Source of the DNA: an uncultured Candidatus Saccharibacteria bacterium
GTDB lineage: Bacteria > Patescibacteriota > Minisyncoccia > Phycocordibacterales > CAIZLB01
Reading direction: 5' to 3'
NCBI GenBank assembly: GCA_964450605.1
Contig: CAYVEK010000003.1
Span: forward strand, 32,778-96,777
DNA length: 64,000 nucleotides
The translations under genes were made by a program, and so were the position numbers. Below, piece after piece: positions 38,499 to 48,696 of the stretch; the stretch's first letter is position 1; every line of letters begins with the position of its first letter. A model generated the notes under the pieces. That model saw only the letters and a list, made by a program, of their open reading frames with translations, was not told the DNA's origin and ran no database searches.

Positions 38499-39809
38499 TT
38501 GTTCATGAATAATACAAACAAAGTACTATCAATTGCATTAAACAAACACAACCTACATGAAAGTGTCCAAGTAGACACTGTGACAACTGGTGGTATGTAC
38601 TCGTTTGAAATACTTGGGATACCTACAAAACAGTCCACTGAGATAAAACAAAAAGTATATACATCTCTGAGGTCAAAAAATATCTTAAACATCAAATCTG
38701 ACAACAGAAAGATTTATAGTTCAGTAACATCGGGATCAAACCTGATAGAAACAGGGAATATGGAGCTGGCAATCCTTGTATCTTGTTACAACTGTATAGC
38801 TAAAAAAGCTATCTTTTCAAACTCATTTATCATAGGCCGTATAAACATAACGGGTGAGATAGGATCAACCAGGCACCTCATACAATCCATATATCTTGCA
38901 ACACGAGAGGGGATAAAGAACATCATATGCCCATTTGAGGATTTTAATCGTCTACCTTCAGAGGTTTTAAATTATTGTTATACAAACAACATAAGTATAA
39001 AACCAACATCATCCATACAAGAACTTTTTTACAATACCAATCTCAATACAGATACCAAATGTACAGAGGTGGTTGAAGTAAAAAACGAACTACATAACAA
39101 AAAGGTTTTTGAGATATTCAACAATATAAAAGAACACCCTTTATTGTGGCCTTTGGTTGTAAGTATCTGTGGAAAACATGATTTACTGTTCTATACAAAT
39201 AAAACAATAGATATGGAGAGGCTACTCTTGTTAATTCAATTAATACACCCAAACTACACCATCAAAGAAACATTGTATCTATCACACATATTCAATTTAG
39301 ACGATGAGAGTGCATTAAAAATCCCTTATTTTGAAATCAATAACCAACCATCTATAGAAAACATATTTTCTAAACACAAAAAAGAGGAGCGGTACATAAA
39401 GCAGTTGTACCTAATTTCAACATGCCTGTGTAAAAACACTGCTGAAAACTGTATATGTAACGTACGAAGTAAAAAGTTTTATCGGGATAAAATTAGCAAA
39501 TCTACTGATGATTTATCCTGCATAAGACTACATATTACACCTAAGGACTTAGACCTATCTATAGATATGTCCACTGTAAAGATAATACTTGAGACTATTA
39601 TCTCTTCGGAGACTGTATTTTCAGAAATATCTAATGAAACACTCTCATATATTGATACTTTGTGTACAAAAATGAGCCATATAGACAAGAAGTTGGTACT
39701 GGATATTGCCAAAACAATATATAAAATAGATCATTTTTTGGACAAGACAAGTATATTAACAAAAAAGACCATTTTATTGGCCTTTTCGTTAATACAATCA
39801 AAGATTTAA
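38499..39809 (+). CDS. Protein with a ComM/YifB N-terminal (ChlI-N, Lon-like) domain but no recognisable AAA+ ATPase.
   Basis: VQVDTVTTGGMYSFEILGIPTKQSTEIKQKVYTSLRSKN...IIGRINITGEIGSTRHLIQSIYLATREG matches the YifB N-domain pattern (..G.P.F.IVGLPD..V.ES..RV.....N.GF...GEL.L.G.LR...G). No Walker A or B motif was found in the remaining roughly 270 aa. Confidence 0.45.
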   Translation: MFMNNTNKVLSIALNKHNLHESVQVDTVTTGGMYSFEILGIPTKQSTEIKQKVYTSLRSKNILNIKSDNRKIYSSVTSGSNLIETGNMELAILVSCYNCIAKKAIFSNSFIIGRINITGEIGSTRHLIQSIYLATREGIKNIICPFEDFNRLPSEVLNYCYTNNISIKPTSSIQELFYNTNLNTDTKCTEVVEVKNELHNKKVFEIFNNIKEHPLLWPLVVSICGKHDLLFYTNKTIDMERLLLLIQLIHPNYTIKETLYLSHIFNLDDESALKIPYFEINNQPSIENIFSKHKKEERYIKQLYLISTCLCKNTAENCICNVRSKKFYRDKISKSTDDLSCIRLHITPKDLDLSIDMSTVKIILETIISSETVFSEISNETLSYIDTLCTKMSHIDKKLVLDIAKTIYKIDHFLDKTSILTKKTILLAFSLIQSKI

Positions 39810-39813
39810 ATTT

Positions 39814-40995
39814 CTAGAATGGATTCTTTGCTCCACGAACCTCGAAGTGTAGGTGAGGGCCTGTTGATCTACCTGTATTTCCAAGTGTTCCAACCTGCTG
39901 TCCTCTTCCAACCTTCTGACCCTGACTTACTGTAATACTGTTCATATGAGCATATAGTGTCTTTACACCGTTGTCATGTGTAATAACCACATAGTTTCCG
40001 TAACCACCATTCCAAGTACTACCGCCTCGAACAAGGGTTACGACACCCTCTCGCGCGGCCAATATAGGTGTTCCAATAGGACCCGCTATGTCTATACCAT
40101 TGTGACCATGTATACCTTGAGACTTAACACCTCCTTTAATAGGTCGAGATAGGAAACCTGACACAGTTTCTTTATTACTTGATTTTGGTATGTTTTTACC
40201 ACCATTTACTTGATTTTGACCCTGATTTGTAGAAGTCTTTAGTGTACCTCCGGGGATAATAATACGTTGTCCCACAACGAGTTTTCCGTCTTCTAAGTCG
40301 TTAAATTCTGACAATTCTTTCTGAGAAACATTAAACTTTTCAGAGATTTCACTTACAGTGTCACCAGCCTTTATAGTATAGGCTACTCCGGAAATAGGTA
40401 GGATTACTAGTTTTTGACCCACTCGAATAACATCATTTTTCTTGAGATCGTTGGCCCAAATAATTGTATCAACAGATATATTGAATTTCTGTGATATAGA
40501 GGCAAGAGTATCTCCTGTTTGCACCTCATATTCTTGAATATCACCATCATCCTCCAAAGAAACAGGTTCCTCTGGAAGTTCTGGGACCTCTATAACAATC
40601 TCTGTGGCAAGAATATCACCATGTATAGGTGAGACTTCTGGAGTAGGACTATCTATACCAGCCAAAGCATTCAACTCATCAACAGATACTTCTGTTTCTG
40701 GGTTTACGTTCTGTTCTTCAGAAAAACCCTTTATTACCAAGAGTTTTCCATCCAAACTTACAGCCTTAACCTTCTTAGATTTTGCTTTATTTGTAGCCTT
40801 TGTCACCAAATTCTTGATTTGACCTTTTTTCAGAGTTTTTGATGAATCTGACAATAAGACAACACCTTCAAGCTTGTTTAAGGCGTTGAAAATATGACTC
40901 TCTGCAACAAAACGTGATGCTTCGGCAGGTTTTGGATCGCTTCCGATCAAAAACGCTGTAGAAACACTGACCAACAACATTACCCCTGTGAACAA
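39814..40995 (-). CDS. LysM-domain M23 peptidase (peptidoglycan endopeptidase).
   Basis: Two LysM repeats (VQTGDTLASISQKFNISV...; YTIKAGDTVSEISEKFNVS...) and a C-terminal M23 domain (HGHNGIDIAGPIGTPILAA..G...GNYVVITHDNG..TLYAHMNSI.V..GQ.V..GQ.VG.LGNTG.STGPHLHFEV). Confidence 0.88.
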   Translation of the reverse strand: MFTGVMLLVSVSTAFLIGSDPKPAEASRFVAESHIFNALNKLEGVVLLSDSSKTLKKGQIKNLVTKATNKAKSKKVKAVSLDGKLLVIKGFSEEQNVNPETEVSVDELNALAGIDSPTPEVSPIHGDILATEIVIEVPELPEEPVSLEDDGDIQEYEVQTGDTLASISQKFNISVDTIIWANDLKKNDVIRVGQKLVILPISGVAYTIKAGDTVSEISEKFNVSQKELSEFNDLEDGKLVVGQRIIIPGGTLKTSTNQGQNQVNGGKNIPKSSNKETVSGFLSRPIKGGVKSQGIHGHNGIDIAGPIGTPILAAREGVVTLVRGGSTWNGGYGNYVVITHDNGVKTLYAHMNSITVSQGQKVGRGQQVGTLGNTGRSTGPHLHFEVRGAKNPF

Positions 40996-41105
40996 GGATG
41001 AAGATTTATGACTTAAAATAACCTTAATTTATGTAAATAAATACCCTTATGCACCATCGGATATTGCACGATATATAGTCTAATATATCCACAAAAACAG
41101 TTCAA

Positions 41106-44100
41106 TTGATGCGCCTTGGCTTTTCGTGGTATAATTTTTGTATGGAGATACTAAAAAACGATGGTGGAAATCAAGAATTTACACCTGAACAACAAAAAAT
41201 TGTTGATCAAATAGGAATACTACGCTCAGAAACTAAAAAATTGGAGGAGGAGATAAAAATCCTGGAAGAGAAGGGGGCGACGATACCCCTTACCCCACAA
41301 GACAGGAGTAGACTTGCCTCAAAAAAGCGAGATGTTACAAAGAAACAGCAAGAAATCGCTTTGCTAAAAAAACAATACGATGACTTATATGGCGACAAGG
41401 TTGAAAAACCTGAAATAAAAACTGAAAATACAGAGGATTCTTTGATCGAGGACCTAATAGGACAGGCGAACAGGCTTCTTGGTGAAGGTCTAAGTTTGGA
41501 TGGAAATAAAGCAGAAAGGGCACGAACATTACTTGAAAGAATAGAAAAACAACCCGGCTCCTCAAAATACACAGCGCTCTTGGCAGATTTAAGGATATTG
41601 ACTTCAAATACCCCCGAACCAACACCCTCTCCCGAGAGGGAGGAGGGTGATCCTTCTGGTCCAGAAAAAGGCACTACTGACAATAGGAGTGAGGGCGGAG
41701 ATGTGGGGGCTGAAAAAAACAAACCCTTAAAACCAGAGAAAATCGGTGGCAAGTGGGACACTGGTGATTGGGAAAAAGACCTACATACAATAAAAACAGA
41801 TTTTGAACACAATGAAAAACTAACTTTTACCGAAGGTCTTTGGAAAAAGAAGTTTGGAGGAGATAAACGAGACGGCCTAGAACCAAAAGATACAGACACT
41901 GTGCTTATTCTAGAAGAAAAGATAGTATCAGCAGCGCTTGCGGTTGAGGTTATTAACTACATAATTCCAAAATTGGAAAAAGTCACTCGTCCCAACCATA
42001 CATCTAACTACAAAGAATCCCTTCACGGATGGAGACAATTACGAGAAAAACTAGAAAAAGCAAAACGAAAAAAAGTTGCGGAAAATGTTGAAATAACAAA
42101 TAAAGAAGAATTAGAAAAACTGTCCACATCAATAAAAAGAGTTCTAGAGGGTGTAGACACCGTGACGGCACTTTTTGGCAGAAGAAAATTAATATCTTCA
42201 ACAAAAGAAACATTGGATACACCGTCAACACAAGGATTGTTGGTGGCGTCAACATATTATCTTGAGTGTTTAGAGTTAGCGAATATAAAGGATCAGATAT
42301 TGAAAAAAGACAAACAGGATCATACAAACCTTCTTCAAGACTTAGCAAAACTCCACACAAAACTTTCAGCGCTAGAACCTTTCGACACTGATGCTTTTGA
42401 GAGTGGTGGGGAAGAGTTGAAAGATAAGTTCAACCAACTTAAAGCTAAATTAAAAGAGAAGCAAATTACCGAAGAAGACCTTGGAAAAAGATCATCCGGA
42501 GAAAAACCCCCCAAACCAAAAGGAAGGACAAGCACTGGAACAAAAGATCCTACAACCGGCACCACATCAAAAGATAGTGTGCCTCGAATAAAAACAGCTA
42601 GCGAATTACAAAGTTTCCTGGACGGTAATCATACACTTTCAGAATCTTTGAAAAACACTAAAGATTTGAGAGAGATTGTGTTGAGACTTAAAAACGAAGA
42701 TGTTGCCATCGATGACATTGATAGTAGCACTGTAACACTTATAAATAACGCAAGGTCTCAGATTACTGACCTATATGGTCTTATCCCTATTGGGGAAAGC
42801 GTTAGTGAGAGTAATTTTAATCCAGTAAAAGAATCTATATTGGATCAGTTGGTGCCTATTTGGAATATATTAAACAAAATATCCCTAGATAAGAAGCCTG
42901 AGGCAAAAGCTCTTTTAACTTCAATAAAAAGTTTCTGCAAAAGAATAGGCAAAGATCTACCGTCAAATAAGAAAGAGGTTAAAAATCCAACAGAAGTATT
43001 TGAAAGTAATATAACAGATAAAAACTCTCCATTTATAACAAAGCTTGTTAGATTTTTAAAAAAAACAAAGCGAGTATTGGAATTTGGCCATGGTGCCAAA
43101 CCCGACACAGTAGAACTACAAAAAATGGAAAAAGAAATTCCGGATGATCTCAATGAAGATAAAAAGAAAATTATCAGAGATGTTGTGTGTACCGCTGTAC
43201 AAGAACTACTTACCAGTGTGACAGATGCTTCATGTAAACAAACACTCATAGAGATATCTATAAAACTAGATATAGAGGTACCAAAACCTGAAGAAAAAGA
43301 AAAACCATTGTACACAGTAAAATCTGTTGGAGAATACAAATTCTCTAACAAAGAATCCTTTGTTAGAGAATTAAAAAAGGGTGATAAATCAGAGTATTTG
43401 GTTGATGTTAAAATCTTATTGGTACACCTACTAGACCAAATAAAACACAAAGTTGTCAGCAATGAGGATGCTCAGACATGGAAAAATATCCATAAATCTA
43501 TACCAATAGGTTGTGAGCCTGCTGATTATAGCCCCTTAACCAACATACTCACCGATAGTAATCAAATACAAGAAGCAATATCATTAATTCCTTCTTCAGA
43601 AAAAGAACCTCTTCTCGGATTGCGTAAGGCTCTTGTAAGCATTTGTGTTGTTTTAAAAATAGAAGTACCTAAAGAAACCCCCGACCCCGTCGACACTCCT
43701 GAGATCCGAACAATTCAAGCAACACTTCGAAGGGAAGATATCATTACAGGTGGAACATTTAAACCGGAATACGAAAGAAAGGCTCCAGGTTTTAAACATT
43801 ATGTTGAAGGTGTCTATGTAAAAAGAATACAAGACAGTTGCTTTGAGAGCGATCTTCCTGATTCATACAAAAAAAGCATTGATGAGTTATTCGCCTTATA
43901 TGAACCTCATGCAAAAACTATCAATGATTTGTCTAAAGCGTTAGAAGTCGAGGATGTTGTAAATAGTGATTTATACAATGATTTTTTGCACGATATGGAC
44001 ATGTCTCCCGATACAACACATCCAGTATTAAGACAGGAACTCATCAATAACATAGTTATGTCAGTACTTTGTGGAACATACGAAACCGTCTATAAAGATT

Positions 44101-45539
44101 CAGTAGAAAGCATTATACATGGGGCACAAAAAATAACTGGGGCACGAGAAAAAATAAAAAGTCTAGAATCAAAACTAGAAGCAGAGCAAGCCCGATTAGA
44201 CACCTTAACCGACCCAGCAAGAGAACTAACTGAAGCTGAGTACAATACCGCCCTTACAACTGTTGAATTTCCAGATGTTGAAAATGATATGGATACATTC
44301 TTGGAAAGAATTCATTCTGAATACGAAACATTACGAGGTGGTATGAAAAGTGATGGAATAGGCTTTGCCACATCTTTCTATAAAAGATGGGCCCAAAGAG
44401 TTGAGGACGTTGAAAATGTTGAAGGAAAAATCAACGAAGCTGAAAAACAAAAAACAGTACTTGAAGAAGCTATATCAACGACCCAAGAAAGTATTGATGG
44501 TGCAAGAACTATGGGCCACACAGACACAGTAGAAGTACTTACAAAAAAGTTAAAAAAACTACAAAAGCTTTTAAAGAAACAGCAAAAAGCAGCCTCAAAG
44601 GAGATCAAGCCTCTCGGCCTCTTGGGAAGAATAAGAAATAAAACACTCGCGTATTTTGGTAGTATGGAGACATCTGACTATGTTGAAGTAAACAAACTGC
44701 AAAGCAAACTGACAATACTTAGAGATAATAGACTTCTACCTGAGGGTGAGCCTTACACAACAAAAGAAACCGCAGAATCAAACTGGAAAAAACTTAATGA
44801 ATATATTGATGCAAGAAGGACTGGCAAGCTAGATACATTGGATGCTGAAACCAAAAGATACGCTGAACCTATATACAATAACCTGTTCCAGAGTTTTGCT
44901 CGAGACAAATATTCATTTAACAGTGCTGACAACAGACAAACCGTAAAAGAAAAAATAATAGAAAACCAGGAGAGTGTTGTAGAAGACTTATCTGATGAAT
45001 TATCACAAGAAAATGAAAAGGTGCTTGATGCCAGATCAAGAGTAATAAACCCTCTTGATCGAAGCTCTATAGCATCAGAGCAGATGGCCGAAGTACTAAA
45101 ATCAAAAGATATTGATTCATACATATCAGAACTTGGAGATGATAAGGACACCATAACTGCAAACAAAATCAGAACAATACTAACGAAAGGAGAGAATATG
45201 TTTAGAAGAGGATCTGCTTATGGACCCCTACAACAAAAAATAGAAAAAGCAGCGATAACAACAGTGGGTACAATTCGAAGATATTTAGAATCCAAAAGGC
45301 TGTTTGAGTCTGCCGAGAATACGATTCTAAAACTAAAAGTTATTCTTGTATTCTCACTAGAACAAGCTATAAGATCTGAGCTTGTAACAAAAGCAAAGAA
45401 AAAAGAGGTACTTGATCAATTTGAGAAAATTCTTGGAGAATATAGAAAGGATTTTGTGAAAAAAGGAGACAGATACTCTATATCAGAGACAGATAGTTTG
45501 CTTCGAGAAATAGAAAACATGAAAACACGAATAATATAA
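41106..45539 (+). CDS. Giant (1477 aa) K/E-rich coiled-coil protein of unknown function.
   Basis: Continuous ORF with no TM helix, signal peptide or P-loop, and long heptad-like K/E/L-rich stretches. The start may be the internal Met at 41142 (MEILKNDGG...). Confidence 0.65.
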   Translation: MMRLGFSWYNFCMEILKNDGGNQEFTPEQQKIVDQIGILRSETKKLEEEIKILEEKGATIPLTPQDRSRLASKKRDVTKKQQEIALLKKQYDDLYGDKVEKPEIKTENTEDSLIEDLIGQANRLLGEGLSLDGNKAERARTLLERIEKQPGSSKYTALLADLRILTSNTPEPTPSPEREEGDPSGPEKGTTDNRSEGGDVGAEKNKPLKPEKIGGKWDTGDWEKDLHTIKTDFEHNEKLTFTEGLWKKKFGGDKRDGLEPKDTDTVLILEEKIVSAALAVEVINYIIPKLEKVTRPNHTSNYKESLHGWRQLREKLEKAKRKKVAENVEITNKEELEKLSTSIKRVLEGVDTVTALFGRRKLISSTKETLDTPSTQGLLVASTYYLECLELANIKDQILKKDKQDHTNLLQDLAKLHTKLSALEPFDTDAFESGGEELKDKFNQLKAKLKEKQITEEDLGKRSSGEKPPKPKGRTSTGTKDPTTGTTSKDSVPRIKTASELQSFLDGNHTLSESLKNTKDLREIVLRLKNEDVAIDDIDSSTVTLINNARSQITDLYGLIPIGESVSESNFNPVKESILDQLVPIWNILNKISLDKKPEAKALLTSIKSFCKRIGKDLPSNKKEVKNPTEVFESNITDKNSPFITKLVRFLKKTKRVLEFGHGAKPDTVELQKMEKEIPDDLNEDKKKIIRDVVCTAVQELLTSVTDASCKQTLIEISIKLDIEVPKPEEKEKPLYTVKSVGEYKFSNKESFVRELKKGDKSEYLVDVKILLVHLLDQIKHKVVSNEDAQTWKNIHKSIPIGCEPADYSPLTNILTDSNQIQEAISLIPSSEKEPLLGLRKALVSICVVLKIEVPKETPDPVDTPEIRTIQATLRREDIITGGTFKPEYERKAPGFKHYVEGVYVKRIQDSCFESDLPDSYKKSIDELFALYEPHAKTINDLSKALEVEDVVNSDLYNDFLHDMDMSPDTTHPVLRQELINNIVMSVLCGTYETVYKDSVESIIHGAQKITGAREKIKSLESKLEAEQARLDTLTDPARELTEAEYNTALTTVEFPDVENDMDTFLERIHSEYETLRGGMKSDGIGFATSFYKRWAQRVEDVENVEGKINEAEKQKTVLEEAISTTQESIDGARTMGHTDTVEVLTKKLKKLQKLLKKQQKAASKEIKPLGLLGRIRNKTLAYFGSMETSDYVEVNKLQSKLTILRDNRLLPEGEPYTTKETAESNWKKLNEYIDARRTGKLDTLDAETKRYAEPIYNNLFQSFARDKYSFNSADNRQTVKEKIIENQESVVEDLSDELSQENEKVLDARSRVINPLDRSSIASEQMAEVLKSKDIDSYISELGDDKDTITANKIRTILTKGENMFRRGSAYGPLQQKIEKAAITTVGTIRRYLESKRLFESAENTILKLKVILVFSLEQAIRSELVTKAKKKEVLDQFEKILGEYRKDFVKKGDRYSISETDSLLREIENMKTRII

Positions 45540-45545
45540 AAACAT

Positions 45546-45839
45546 ATGAACAACACTCAAACAATAGATCCTCAAAAACTGGCCCAAAAAACTGTACAGC
45601 AAATAAAAGAAACGGTAGAAGAGGAACAACAAACAAAAGGCATGCTGGATGCACTACAAGGGCACTATGAAACTCTATATAAAAATCAAAAATTATATAT
45701 AGACTATCTAACAGAACTTGTAGAAAAGTTGAAGGACGTACAAAAGGCTGATAAAGAATCATTTTCAGCCCTAAAAAAAGAAGTCATAAAACACGTATTG
45801 GATTCTGAAAAGAAGAAAAATAAAAGTCTTGAGGTATAA
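45546..45839 (+). CDS. Small (97 aa) coiled-coil protein, partner of the giant protein.
   Basis: ORF starting 7 nt after the giant gene's stop. Its stop overlaps the pcrA start (TAATG). K/E-rich helical sequence. Confidence 0.45.
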   Translation: MNNTQTIDPQKLAQKTVQQIKETVEEEQQTKGMLDALQGHYETLYKNQKLYIDYLTELVEKLKDVQKADKESFSALKKEVIKHVLDSEKKKNKSLEV

Positions 45840-47869
45840 TGCAACGCATGGACCTAACATATCTAGACTCACTCAATAGTGCTCAAAAGAAAGCGGTTCT
45901 TAAGACAGAAGGACCGCTTTTGATTATAGCTGGTGCAGGGGCAGGGAAAACAAAAACAGTAACTGAACGCATACTACACTTGGTACTAAACGGTGTGGCA
46001 CCAGAAAACATCTTGGCCATCACATTTACAAACAAGGCCGCCAAAGAGATGCGGGAACGAGTTTCTCACGCTCTCCACAAACATCCACAAGGTGGTACCG
46101 TGTTTTCAGGTAGAACACCTTTTGTCTCAACATTTCATAGTTTTGGTGTTTTTATGTTGAAAAAGTTTGGTCATAAACTAGGATTACCAAAGCATATAAC
46201 CATACTAGACAGAGATGATAGTAAAAAGATGGTTAAAGACATACTTGTACAACTTGGACATGATCCAAAAAAAGTTGAGCCTTCAAAGATGTTGAACATC
46301 ATCTCAAAACAGAAGGGAAATAATGTTTCTTTACAAACTTTCACAGAACAATCTGCATCAAAACCACGAGGATATTCTGACGAGATCGCATCTATAGTAT
46401 GGCGAGAATATGACGCACAGCTGCGAAAAGAAAAATCTGTAGACTTCGATGACTTGTTAACACTTCCTGTTAAACTGCTTCGTGAAGATGTTGAAGTCAG
46501 AAGTTTTTGTAATAATACTTGGCGGTACATACACGTTGATGAGTATCAAGATACAAACCCTATCCAATACGAGCTTTGCAAACTTCTAGCAGGAAAGGAT
46601 AAAAATATCGCAGTAGTAGGAGATGCAGATCAAACTATATATACATGGAGGGGTGCAAACATATCTCACATACTTGAGTTTGAACATGATTTTCCTGGAA
46701 CCGAAGTAGTCTTACTTGAACAAAACTATCGATCAACAGGAACCATCATAGAAGCTGCAAATGCTATTATAGAAAAAAACATTTATAGAAAAAAGAAAAA
46801 TCTTTTTACAGACAAAGAACTTGGAGAAAAAATAACAGTCTATACAGCCCTCGACGAAACCGATGAGGCGCACTATATAGGTCGAGAGATAAAAAACCTT
46901 ATACAAAACGGTACCGAACCGAAAGATATAGCTGTTTTGTACAGAGCAAACTTTCAATCACGATCACTCGAAGAAGCTTGTTTGGTATACGCCGTACCAT
47001 ATCAAGTGCTCGGAACAAAATTCTTTGAACGAAAAGAAATCAAAGATATGATCTCATACCTAAAGGCGTCCATAAACAGAGACTCTGTGACAGATATAAA
47101 AAGAACCATAAACACCCCAGCACGAGGTATAGGAAATGTTACAGTTCTCAAAGTTGTGAGCAATCAGGTTGCCGAACTCCCAGCAAGCGCTCAACAAAAA
47201 GTATACGAATACTTTAGGCTGCTCGACACTGTCAAAACAAAAAGTGAACAAGAAAAACTTTCAGAGGTATTCAAATATATTTTTCAGGCATCAGGCTTAG
47301 AAAAAAATCTAAAAGAGGGGAACGATGATGATAAAGAAAGACTTGAAAACATCAAAGAGCTTGTATCTCTGGCAACAAAATATGATTCATTGACACCAGA
47401 AGAAGGTGTTGCGCGTTTCTTAGAAGAAGCAGGGCTTATGTCTGACCAAGATGAGCTTGATGCAAAAAAGGATGAAAACAAAGTTCGACTTATGACAGTT
47501 CATGCCTCAAAAGGTCTTGAATATAACTATGTGTTTATAGGAGGGATGGAGGAAGGTTTGTTTCCATACGAAAGGGCCGACGAGGTTGGAACACAAAGCG
47601 AACAAGAGGAAGAGGAGGAAAGACGCTTGTTTTATGTTGCAGTAACTCGAGCCAAGAAAAAACTTTATGTAAGTAGCGCCATGATGCGAACAGTTTTTGG
47701 GGCACGACAGTTTAGAACAACATCAAACTTTTTGGAAGATATTCCAGCACACCTAACAGAGAGCATAGACAATACAAGTGGTTTTATCTCACACAACACC
47801 GGAAATCAGTACCGACCAGGGGAGAGAAGGACAGGTGGACTCTTAGATCTGGGGGAGATAGATTTCTAG
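45839..47869 (+). CDS. pcrA: ATP-dependent DNA helicase PcrA/UvrD.
   Basis: LNSAQKKAV, GPLLIIAGAGAGKTKTVTERI (Walker A), ILAITFTNKAAKEMRERV, DEYQDTN and VGDADQTIY helicase motifs. Confidence 0.92.
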   Translation: MQRMDLTYLDSLNSAQKKAVLKTEGPLLIIAGAGAGKTKTVTERILHLVLNGVAPENILAITFTNKAAKEMRERVSHALHKHPQGGTVFSGRTPFVSTFHSFGVFMLKKFGHKLGLPKHITILDRDDSKKMVKDILVQLGHDPKKVEPSKMLNIISKQKGNNVSLQTFTEQSASKPRGYSDEIASIVWREYDAQLRKEKSVDFDDLLTLPVKLLREDVEVRSFCNNTWRYIHVDEYQDTNPIQYELCKLLAGKDKNIAVVGDADQTIYTWRGANISHILEFEHDFPGTEVVLLEQNYRSTGTIIEAANAIIEKNIYRKKKNLFTDKELGEKITVYTALDETDEAHYIGREIKNLIQNGTEPKDIAVLYRANFQSRSLEEACLVYAVPYQVLGTKFFERKEIKDMISYLKASINRDSVTDIKRTINTPARGIGNVTVLKVVSNQVAELPASAQQKVYEYFRLLDTVKTKSEQEKLSEVFKYIFQASGLEKNLKEGNDDDKERLENIKELVSLATKYDSLTPEEGVARFLEEAGLMSDQDELDAKKDENKVRLMTVHASKGLEYNYVFIGGMEEGLFPYERADEVGTQSEQEEEEERRLFYVAVTRAKKKLYVSSAMMRTVFGARQFRTTSNFLEDIPAHLTESIDNTSGFISHNTGNQYRPGERRTGGLLDLGEIDF

Positions 47870-47874
47870 AAAGT

Positions 47875-48696
47875 TTGGTATATACTGTGTCTATAATGCA
47901 AGCAAAAAAGTCTCTTGGCCAAAATTTCCTTAAAAATGAAGGTGTTTTGAACAAAATCAAACAAAAAACCGAGGAAATTCTCAAAAAAGAGCAGGTGCAC
48001 AACAAAAAAACTATAAAAATCCTAGAGATAGGACCAGGTAAAGGAGCCTTAACTAAGCACCTCCTAGATACAAAACATCCCGTTTTTGCCATAGAAGCCG
48101 ACGACAGGCTTATTCCAATCCTCCAAGAAACCTTTGAAAAACCTTTGAAAAACAAGGATTTTGAGCTTATCCATCAAGACATACGCCTATTTGAACCTAA
48201 AAACATAACAGATCCTTATATTCTAGTGGCCAATATTCCTTATTATCTAACAGGTTTTATATTTAGACAATTTTTAGAAAGTGAAAATCAACCTTTGGCC
48301 ATCATAGTCCTTATACAAAAAGAGGTTGCTAAACGCATAATAGACACAAAACAAACACTTCTATCTTTATCAGTGCAGATTTATGGAGAACCGCACATTC
48401 TGACCCATGTATCAAAAGGGAACTTTACTCCCGCACCAAAGGTAGATTCTTCAGTTTTGGTTATAGAAAATATAAGTAAAAAACATTTTAAAAACAAAAC
48501 TGAAGAAAAAAAGTTCTGGGAAATAGCCAAAAAAGCATTTGGAAGCAAGAGAAAACAGCTTGGGGGAACAATTTTAAAGAACCTACCACAGGAAACAAAA
48601 TCAAAATTATCTCAATATCTAACAAAAAGACCTGAAGATCTATCCATTTCTGATTGGCTTATCATAACTTCATGTTATGATATAGATAATGAATAG
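47875..48696 (+). CDS. rsmA: 16S rRNA (adenine1518/1519-N6)-dimethyltransferase KsgA/RsmA.
   Basis: SLGQNFL, EIGPGKGALT and ANIPYYLT. Confidence 0.9.
   Translation: MVYTVSIMQAKKSLGQNFLKNEGVLNKIKQKTEEILKKEQVHNKKTIKILEIGPGKGALTKHLLDTKHPVFAIEADDRLIPILQETFEKPLKNKDFELIHQDIRLFEPKNITDPYILVANIPYYLTGFIFRQFLESENQPLAIIVLIQKEVAKRIIDTKQTLLSLSVQIYGEPHILTHVSKGNFTPAPKVDSSVLVIENISKKHFKNKTEEKKFWEIAKKAFGSKRKQLGGTILKNLPQETKSKLSQYLTKRPEDLSISDWLIITSCYDIDNE

Noticed and set aside
41207-41899. Minus-strand 230-aa ORF, and other antisense ORFs inside the 1477-aa gene.
   Set aside because: The Ser/Phe/Leu-rich low-complexity translation is typical of the antisense strand of K/E-rich coding sequence. It is fully contained in a longer coherent plus-strand ORF.
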